Part shown: positions 54,301-64,000 of the stretch, one piece after another
Position numbering within the stretch: position 1 is the stretch's first letter
How the letters are laid out: every line of letters begins with the position of its first letter
The notes under the pieces: generated by a model
Databases searched by the model: none
Told to the model about the DNA's origin: nothing
The model's input: only the letters and a program-made list of their open reading frames with translations
NCBI GenBank assembly: GCA_051453625.1
Contig: JBOZIK010000001.1
Location: forward strand, 1,799,092 to 1,863,091
DNA: 64,000 bases
Direction of reading: 5' to 3'
DNA from: Welwitschia mirabilis
Taxonomy: Eukaryota
Made by a program: the position numbers and the translations under genes

Positions 54301-57300
54301 ATTTTTTGTACTATTTTTTATCTTTTACTTATACTTGTTTATTGTCAGTTTTCTCTTATTTGTTATTCATGTTAAAAGATGAAGAAATAGTAGTTGTTTT
54401 TTTAGTTTTTATCAATTGGTATTAGTTTTTTTCAATAGTACTTGTCAGTTTTTCTATCAGTTGTAATTGCTCTTTATGAAAACCTTTCTGCTATACTACT
54501 TAAATTTAAGAAATAGAAATGCATTTGGTATTATTTGCCTTGACTATTCAATGCATATTTATTTTAACATGAATCATGATTTTAGTACATTTATTATTAA
54601 TATTTAATATCTTAAGAACCATGATTTTGTCACACCTATTAAATGAATATTACATGTTTCATGAACTATACTTCAAAATTATTTATACTTGTTACTCTTG
54701 TTGGAAACCCTTTATGAATGCTTAATTTGATATATATGCTCAATATTATTTTGCAAATTTAATGGGTATTATTTAAGGAAGGTTTTTCTAATTAATATCT
54801 TTCATCTAAATATAATGCCATCAATGTTAAAGGGAGAGATTACTAGGTTATAATTTACCAAGTTGATGTCAAACTAACATTTTCTAATATAGCAAAATGT
54901 GTTGTATTCTTTACAAAAAATATTAGTCTTTATAAGCTAAAATCTGAAATCTTTTATCACAAATGTTACTTGAACTTGATAAATTTCAAACCCTCAAAGT
55001 GGTCGACTAAATTCCTAAAGGATCAATTGAACCTACACTAAGAAGTATCAAATATAGATTACTAAGTGATTAAGCAGATTCTTAAGGAGTGGACTGGACC
55101 TATACAACAAATTTATTACATATAATCATTAAAGGACTGACTAGATTTCATAGGATTTAACTAGACCTAGAGTAAAATGTTTTTATCTTTTCTGATAAAA
55201 GGGTTGACTAGATTACTGAGGGATCAATAGAACCTAGGCCATGAATATTGTTTGGCACTTTTATAGACATGGGGTCGACCAGATAAAAATGCGGTTAACT
55301 GAACATCTAGTTGATTAGATCCTAAGGGGTCAACCACATATGAAGCCATAAGCAAATTAGGTTGATTAGAATAAGATGAGGGTAACCGACTTTAATGACA
55401 GAACTTGATCGGGTTGACTAAACATTTTAAGGGGTCAACTAATCATGATAGAAATAGGATTTTTCTAGTTGTTTGCCTTCCATTTTTATCCATTAGAGAA
55501 TCTATTTTACTTGTAAAATCCTAAAATTTTTTATCCTATATATTTGCCAGCCATTGAAAACACTTTAGAACTTTTAACACATCTTCTATTTTATCAAAAA
55601 TAAACAAATATCTTTTGTGATAATTAGTACTTGATCAATTAGTTTTTATTATATGTTGATGGATTATAATATTATTTCAAGTGTGTATTACTATTATTCT
55701 TGCAATTTAGATCTAGTGAAATCTCTACCATATGACACGTCATTGTTATCAAATAACATTCTCTCTAAAGATTAAGACTAAGCCTCTAAAAAATATGATT
55801 GTAAAAGGTTATAGGTAAACTTGGAATACCTAGAAAGTGATTAACAGAGATCTTAATTAGGTTTGGGTAGAATATAATCATTGAGAGTGGAGTAGGATGT
55901 TTCCTGAACCACTATAAATTACATGTCTATCTTCATTGGTATTTTGTGCTTTCAGTTATCTTTCTTTCAGATTTATTTTTTTGGTATTTCATATGCTCAA
56001 ATATCTTTCAGTTTTCAATAGTTGAGAAGATATCTTTTGAGGTTATTTAATTTTTTTGTAAATCCTATTCACCCCCATCCCCCCATCCCTTCTATGGTTT
56101 TATATCCTTCACATAGACTAAGACATCATTTATAAAGGTTTTGATACTTAAATCTAATAAATTAGATAATATTCCAATTATGAAACATTGGAAAAGTGGC
56201 AGATGTAGTATGTAAATTAAAGGAAATTTATTTATAGGTGAACATTTCATCAGGACAGGTGAAGGTAGTTTTGTTTTAATCCTTATAGGAAATTTTAATT
56301 TGATTGTAACTCAAGTACCCATGTAAGAAATAATAAAATTCATGCCATGTAAGTTGCTCTAAGATTTGATTAGATAAAGATATAAGGAAGTGATCACTTC
56401 TTGAGATAGAATTTAATTTTTTGTAGTTAGTACACATCCTCCATTTTATTATGATTCTAGTAGGGATAAGTTCATTATACTCATTTGGGACAAAGGTAAT
56501 TCTTATTTTTTTATCATAGCCTAAGTTCGAATCACTCATTTCCTATCTGAAATAGGATAGATAATTCCATTATCTAGAAGCTTAATCATCTTATTTTTAA
56601 CTACCTCCTTTAAGGCTAGATTTATTTATCTCTGGGCTCTCTTAGATGTCATGAAATTATCTTCTAAGTAAATATGATGCATGAAAATTCTAGGATCAAT
56701 GCCCCTAATTTCTGAGAAGGTCCATCTTATTGCTTGTTTATTTTTGCTTAAGAGTTTAAGCAAATGAGCTTCTATAAGAAATAATTAATAAATATTAAAA
56801 TGTGGAGTTATCCTCTAAGAAAGCATATCTTAGATCGTTTGATAAAGGTTTAAGTCCTAGGTTGATTTCATTTTGAATGAGAGGGAATGATTATTAAAAT
56901 AAATCTAAGTCATCATCTTTGGAAGAGTGAAAATCAAGTTCCTAGATTTCAAAAAGTCTTTCTATTTTATTCACATGTTCTATTCCTTTATCATTTGATG
57001 TCAACTTCATGACATTAAAGATGTTTAGTTTTATTGTCATGTTGCTAAATAAAATCTTCATTAATCTATTCCTATAATTGATTAAGGCAATTAACATTGC
57101 TAAGAATGGTCTACTTAAAATAAGATGCATTAATTGATTCTCAAGGTTTCCATGTCCAAAACCACAAAATCCAATGGGAAGTAGCAACTATAATCTTAAC
57201 AATAATATCCTCTATAAATCTAATGGTGTTTTTATAAAATTGTTAAATAACTGTAGTTGGAGTTTTATATTCTTAAGCCCTTTCAAGCCTAACACTTTAT

Positions 57301-60300
57301 AGGTTCCATAGGCGAGCACATTTACACTAGCCCTTAAGACTAATAAAGCTTAATTAAGTTGCTTATTACCTATGGTTATTGCAATCGTCAGGCATCCCAG
57401 GTCATTGTACTTGGGTGGAAATTGATTGTGAAGGATTTCACTCATCTATTGCACTAAGAAGGTCTTGCTATTCACATTCATGCATCTTTTCACAATGCAC
57501 ATATTCTTAAGGAATTTTGCATAGGAAAGTACTTGCTTAATGGCTTCTAGGAGAGGGATGTTTACCTTCACTTTAATAAACCTAACTTCCTTAGGATTTG
57601 GTTGAGAACTCATGCGAAGATTTCTTATTTCCTTCAGTTTAGGGTAAAAAGTATTTGAATTTGCATTTGTTGAAGTTGTTGAATAACCTAGGTAATGGAA
57701 TACATGTTCTATTCAAGGATGTTTAATATCAAGAAGTGTTTTTTAGTAATTAACCATGGTTTCAGTTAAGTTAAAATTGGGTTTCCATGAACTTTCTGAT
57801 AAATCCTCGAAGGGGTTGAATGAGGATAATTTTTCATAATTAGAAGTAAAAGGGTGAGAACATGATTATGCATATTAGTTCTTGGCTAATTTTGATTATC
57901 ATATTTTCAAGATAAGTTAGGATGATTTCTCCACATGAGATTATATGTGTTTGAGTAAGGGTGAGGCACTTAGGAATTCTAGTTTCCTTGCTAATTCATC
58001 TATCTGAATGTTGACTTCAAAGTTTTAGAAACCTTAAACATGCTTGTCAATCTAATGGGATGATGGTATCTAGATGTTTTAATGGATTTCTTTCAATTTT
58101 TTGAACTTTTATCTACACTCTCAAGGTATTCACAAACTTCATCCAAAGGCATGCTAAGAAAGGTTTCTCTACTTATCATATTTACTAATTGTTAGTTATC
58201 AGTGAATATTCCATTATAGGAAGCACTTATCTTCTTTCCTAGCTCGCATCTATGTTGGACACATTTTTGAAGCAAGTCTTTAAATCTCTATAGGGGTTGG
58301 GAGAATGTTTCATACTCCTTTTATTCATAGTTTATGAATTCTTTCCTTAGGGCATTCATTTTTTAATTGAAAAATAATTTTGATNNNNNNNNNNNNNNNN
58401 NNNNNNNNNNNNNNNNNNNNNNNNNNNNNNNNNNNNNNNNNNNNNNNNNNNNNNNNNNNNNNNNNNNNNNNNNNNNNNNNNNNNNNNNNNNNNNNNNNNN
58501 NNNNNNNNNNNNNNNNNNNNNNNNNNNNNNNNNNNNNNNNNNNNNNNNNNNNNNNNNNNNNNNNNNNNNNNNNNNNNNNNNNNNNNNNNNNNNNNNNNNN
58601 NNNNNNNNNNNNNNNNNNNNNNNNNNNNNNNNNNNNNNNNNNNNNNNNNNNNNNNNNNNNNNNNNNNNNNNNNNNNNNNNNNNNNNNNNNNNNNNNNNNN
58701 NNNNNNNNNNNNNNNNNNNNNNNNNNNNNNNNNNNNNNNNNNNNNNNNNNNNNNNNNNNNNNNNNNNNNNNNNNNNNNNNNNNNNNNNNNNNNNNNNNNN
58801 NNNNNNNNNNNNNNNNNNNNNNNNNNNNNNNNNNNNNNNNNNNNNNNNNNNNNNNNNNNNNNNNNNNNNNNNNNNNNNNNNNNNNNNNNNNNNNNNNNNN
58901 NNNNNNNNNNNNNNNNNNNNNNNNNNNNNNNNNNNNNNNNNNNNNNNNNNNNNNNNNNNNNNNNNNNNNNNNNNNNNNNNNNNNNNNNNNNNNNNNNNNN
59001 NNNNNNNNNNNNNNNNNNNNNNNNNNNNNNNNNNNNNNNNNNNNNNNNNNNNNNNNNNNCAAGATCTTATGGAAAAGGGTTTTAGGGTGTACAACCAAGA
59101 TTTCACATTTTCTTTTAAAGAAAAAGGAAATAAGATGAGTCTAAAAGAAACATGAATGTTTGGATATTAGGGAATAGTTGATAAGATACATTTGAATTCT
59201 TTTAGATGAAGATATGAGTCCTCAAACTCTAATCCATAAAAATGAGACATGAGTTAAATGGTTAAAGGCTTAAATTCTAGCATCTAGTTTATGGATGGTA
59301 GCATGATGCATGAGGGTGTTCCTATGCATTATGATTAGAGATAATCATGAAGGATTTACCTTAGTTAATTTATAGTAACAACAATAATGATAATAGCTTA
59401 TTATTTAACTACCTCTTGGGTAAGATAGTAGGCTATTTCTTGAGAAACAAGATTTTGAGTAGAAGTGACTCCTCTAAATATTTTGTTTGAATTGTAATGT
59501 TGTTATTATTAGGATGTAAGGCTTTGATAATTATTGTTTGGATCATCTTAAGAGAAGGAGACTTGTTCTTATTGGGAATCTTTGGGGTTTGGTTTCCATT
59601 TTAGGATCTTACTTCTTGTATTCTTTTGTGGTTGATAAAGGGATTAATATTATTACAAATTAATCTCTTAGATGCATCATGGGTCTACTACATATAAGAG
59701 TAGGTTTTGGATTATATTTTCATTGAACCTATAATTTACAAAGGTTTTAGGGTCTATACAGAAGATGAAATTAAAAACTGAGGATGTTCTAAGCAGAAAT
59801 GATGGCGATGCCATTGAGGGCAGGCCACAACATTAGTTTGGTTTTGAAATATGTTTTAGTTTTAATATAGAGGTTTAATAAATGCATTAAAAATAATTAC
59901 CATAATAGGATTACAAAGAAATAAAATTGAAATAAAAAATGTAAACAAAATTGAGTGGAATTATGAATTTTTTTTAAAAGGATTTTAATGTTTTACTCAA
60001 AGCCAAAATGAAAAAATAGAAACTTAGAAATGTAGAAAAACATAGAAGAATATATTAAGTATGAAATGTAATGTAAATTTATTAAAACTTTTAAGTTTTT
60101 ACTCCTAAGACAACCTACAACAAAACATTAGGCTTGCATAAAATAAGTTATAAAATAAACTTTAAAGCAAGTTGGATCAATTTGGATTTCAGTAAAATGA
60201 CCAGCAACAACCACTGTAAAGAAGATTAAAGAAACAAATAAAATAAAAAGCAAAATAAACTAGTTTTGATATCATTAGAGAGGATCAGTACCCATCACTA

Positions 60301-60397
60301 GAAGAGAAAAAACTATGTATAAAAACTTAGAGAAAAGTAAAGTAGTACTGCTTTAAGTTACTATCATGTCATTATCTCCCTTAATGGTGCTAAAATT

Positions 60398-61731
60398 TGT
60401 TTGTTGTTTTACAATGCCTATATCTAAGACTAAGTTTGCACCTAGTTATTGTTATTTCTCAAGGATACCATGGGAAATAATTTAGAATTTACCATTTTTA
60501 AACTTAATAAAACTTACAAAATTTAAAAAAAGAAAAAAGAAGAAAGAGGTAATTTTAGAGTTTAAGTTAAAACTTTGACTTAAAAGAGAAGGGAAGAAAT
60601 CTAGCTTGAATGTATCATCTATTTATTTCTAAGCAATCCTTTAGACTAATATTTTCCAAGATATTCCTGTAATATAATTAAAACATGAAGTGTTTTTAAC
60701 CCAAATCATGGTAACATTATCACACTTACCATATGAGTAATGGTGAACTCAATTGTCACTTGATCTTAAAATCCTTAAATAATAATAGAAAGTAAGATTC
60801 CTAAGTACTTAAGATCTATAAAGTTAAAAGACTTAGATCAAACATCTAAAAGAGCTTACTCAAATATAATAAAGCTTAATGATTAAATTTCTTCCTAAAT
60901 ATTTTAAAAATAAAATATCTCATAACTAAAAATAAAATACAAATAAATTATGTATTATAGAAATAAAAGCACTTTACAATAAGGGAAGAAAGATGCCAAA
61001 ATAACTTCTTGACAATACTCAAAGACTAGTTTACTTCCCTAAATAGTTGCTTAGAAAGCCATTGGGATTGATACTCCAATGTTCTGTAATTCTCTAAAAT
61101 CAAAGAGGATACACTAAAGGGTTCAAGACCCTTTTATAGGAATAGATGGAATGAGGATTAGCATTAGGTGGATGGTTATATAATCATAACATTAGGTAGT
61201 ATTATTTATATTCTTTTCCAATTGGTAGAACTTCCAATGATGATGTTAACACTTGGCTTCCAAATGCTGTAGCTACTGCTAATCACTATCAATGTCATGC
61301 ATCTCCACTATCATCCTACTCAGCCCTGCTAAATGTTGCTTTGTGAGTCCTCATCATCATCGCTAACTGTTATAAAAAATGCAATTTACTACTAATTTAT
61401 AATTTAACTAAGTTCATAATTACATTTAATTAAATTTTCCATGATAATATAGGAATGTGAGATTTGATGAATTTAACATAGAAGAACTGGTAGTGCTGGT
61501 AGTTCTAGATGATAGCACCAAGGTTTTAACTCTACTAAGCTTTATTTTAAGCAATGTCCTTCAATTTAGCATAAGTATCATAAAGATGTCATGGAAACTC
61601 CATAAGTCCATAATTAATGTAAAAATCAATAGAATACATAGTTTTATGATAACATCTATTACTTTAAAATCTTTTATTAGGATCAATTATTCATTTAACT
61701 TGATCATAATATTAATTTTTACATGTTAATA
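60398..61731 (-). repeat. 5' LTR (LTR C) of Athila copy 2
   Basis: TGTTTG...TGTTAATA followed by TTATGCTTCCATT, exactly as at LTR B. Confidence 0.9.
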
Positions 61732-64000
61732 TTATGCTTCCATTGAGGAATGTATAAAGATTGTAAATTGATCCATCTCTAAGGTTATCCAATAGGTCCA
61801 GAAATTTAGTTTATCTATAAGTAAAGAGATATTTAAATTTAATTAATAATTTTCAACCTAAAAAATATGATATTATATTAAGTATAAATTGCTTAATGCA
61901 GAATAAGGAAATTATAAATCATGAGAATTATTAAATAGAAATGAAAAACAATGGTGAAATATTAATCTTGCATAACCGTTTCAAAACTGTTATGGATAAT
62001 ATACTTAAAGCTAAGCATATAGAGAGGAAAATTAAGAATGGATCATTGGTTTATATGGTTTATTAAAAAGTAGCTAATCTAAAGAAAAGAAAAACTTTAG
62101 TAGAGAGTATAGAAATAATTCAAAAATATCTTATATGTATTTACAATAGAGTTAACTAGAATTCCACCTCTTTAAAAAGTTAAGATTTCTATTGATTTGA
62201 TCCCATACACTTAACCAATATTTGAGGAATCATATAGAATGTCTTTTATATAATTAAAAGAATTAAAAATTGAACTTAAAAAATTTTTAACTAAAGATGA
62301 TTCTAACATGACATCATGAGAAGCACTAGCTATTGTGATGCTAATCTGTAGGATTTTGATGGGGTATTTTGAGTACTTTTGTAAGAAATTTATATACATT
62401 TAGATGCATTTCTAATGATTATAAAGGAGATAATCATGGAAACACATAATTCTTGGCATATTTAGAAGCATTTTAGTCATTTTTGACACTTAGCGTTTTG
62501 AAAGAAGAATCAATGATGTAAAAGATTGATTTCTCTTAGCTAGAAGAGTAAGAAAGCCTTCATTCCATGTGTTGTCCCAATGATAGTCAGAACAACAATA
62601 TTTATAACATGGACTAAAACTATGAGGTTGGAAGCTAATTACTCACTTCACCTCTTCTTATGGAGTATTATCCCTAGTGTCATTCCCATGATAGACAGGA
62701 TGAAAACTATTTTGTATGAATGGAAGTGAATTATCTTTGTAAATATGGTTATGTGGCTTATATGGGTTGCTAAGTTTTCTTATCCAATTTCTAGGGTTTT
62801 TCTTCTATAACTTTAATGTAAAATTATAAGTACCCCTTTTTGCCTTCACTCCCATTTCCATATTTTATACTAGTTATTCTTGTGATGGGAGATTGAAGGA
62901 CAGAAGATCCATCCATAGCTACAGAAAGAAGTTGTCATTGGTGACGGACTAAGTATCATCTATTAAGGTGTTGCTACTTTTGTTTGTAAGTGGATGTTAA
63001 TTCATTATTAACCCAAGAACTCTTTTCACTTCTATTATGTGGATTTCCCTTATGGTTTAAGTTGATTATGATTTGGTGATATCTTCATAGTTTATCAAAA
63101 GACAACCTTTGTTAAGGTTGATATCGTTAGTTTAGATCTCGCATTGTATTTCATTTCATTAATTTCTATATTTGCATTTATTCATATTTTAGTTGGTATA
63201 TATTATAGATTATATTGGTTAGGGATAAATGATAGCTCTTCCTAAATGAACTAAATTGTAAGGGCTAATTCTTATGACAGAAGGATTGCAATTCAAATAA
63301 ATTTAGTACACTTGCATTTCATGCATTTGCAGTTCATCATTATTCATCTTTCATTGCATTTACATTATTCTTTATTTTCATTTACTAAATAAAAAAAATA
63401 CTAAAAATACTTTGTAAAATCAACTCTCTAACTTATAGCCTAGTTACTTCAATTAATTATGACATTTAGATTGACTCCCATCTATACTAGTATGCGCTTT
63501 TTTACAAGAATTATGATTTACAAGTTTTGCTTAAAGACTTAAAGATTGTAAAAATTCCCATACAACACCAGTGTTATTTATAAAGAAAAAGGATGGAACA
63601 CTTGGATTATGCATTAACTACAAATAGTTAAGTAAAGTTACAATTAAAAACAAGTAGTTACTACCAAAAATAGATGATCTTTTTGATCCACTTAAGAAAG
63701 TTAAGGTATTTTCAAAACTTAATTTAAAATCTGGATATAATTAACTTCTAATTAAGAAAGAAGATATTTACAAAATAGCTTTTAAAAATTACTATTAACA
63801 TTATAAGTTTATTATCATTCCTTTTGATTTAACTAATGCCCTTACAATATTCATTCTAAGAAAATATTTAATTTTTGCAACTGCATTTATTGATGACATT
63901 ATTATTTATTCTAGTTCTTATGAAGAACTTGAGAAAAATTTGAAAATCATATTATAAATCATAACAAACCATTAATTATATGCTAACATGAAAAGTATTC
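61732..64000 (+). pseudogene. Tekay-like host remnant (copy 2), RT split by a solo LTR; runs off the window
   Basis: Collinear with 41019-42060. RT resumes at 63568 with PVLFIKKKDGTLGLCINY...FIDDIIIYSSSYEE. Confidence 0.85.
62331..63567 (+). mobile_element. Solo LTR (TGTTGTG family)
   Basis: Termini TATTGTG...TACAACA, decayed TSD CTAGC/CCAGT. Removing it restores the RT (S)W-x-A-PVLF motif. No PBS follows it. Confidence 0.85.

Larger units (their letters stand above)
47016..56111 (+). mobile_element. Full-length decayed Sirevirus element 2, inserted in the Athila RT
   Basis: LTRs 47016-48242 and 54841-56111. PBS TGATATTAGAGC at 48245-48256. PPT AAGGGAGAGAT before 54841. TSD AATAG/CATAG. U5 CCTATTCACCCCC. 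Confidence 0.9.
45638..61731 (-). mobile_element. Athila-like element copy 2 (3'-truncated within integrase), interrupted by Sirevirus 2
   Basis: Collinear with ~25230-41018 once the Sirevirus insertions are removed. 5' LTR at 60398-61731. PBS remnant TCCCTTAATGGTGCTA at about 60377-60392. Confidence 0.9.

Noticed and set aside
29642-56111. The two Sireviruses as one insertion copied by the duplication
   Set aside because: They have different insertion sites and TSDs, and each Athila copy is empty at the other's site.
16622-59155. Long ORFs of 200-350 aa in the ORF track (16.6-17.5, 19.4-20.2, 50.1-51.1, 58.3-59.2 kb)
   Set aside because: They are almost entirely X residues from N gaps.
41019-61731. 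LTR B and LTR C as the two LTRs of one element, or copy 2 as an independent Athila insertion
   Set aside because: Both are PBS-adjacent 5' LTRs with the same outer flank, and copy 2 has no 3' LTR or TSD of its own.
1-64000. Species assignment
   Set aside because: The sequence supports a seed-plant-like, TE-rich, AT-decayed genome but not a specific taxon without a search.

Overview
AT-rich plant nuclear DNA from a gapped assembly. There is one intact gene: an intronless L-type lectin receptor-like kinase (8947-10893, minus strand) whose catalytic loop reads HKN instead of HRD, so it is probably a pseudokinase. Nearly everything else is decayed, nested LTR retrotransposon. The 3' part of an Athila-like element occupies 1-7102. 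From about 15 kb a Tekay/Del-like Gypsy element is split by a complete Athila-like element (22040-41018, TSD TTATG), which is in turn split by a Sirevirus-like Copia element (29642-38685). The Athila-in-Tekay composite then occurs a second time (about 45640-64000) with the same insertion junction, which points to an old DNA-level tandem duplication. Each copy later gained its own Sirevirus insertion and its own insertion of a TGTTGTG-type LTR family at different sites, so each Athila copy shows the other's empty Sirevirus site. Other observations: a ~560-bp inversion inside one LTR, a similar extra ORF in both the Copia and the Gypsy-type elements, a microsatellite expanded in one unit of a tandem duplication upstream of the gene, and pervasive non-CpG C>T decay. 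All comparisons were made by eye. Lineage names rest on motifs, PBS and LTR ends, not on database searches. I found no prokaryote-type system.
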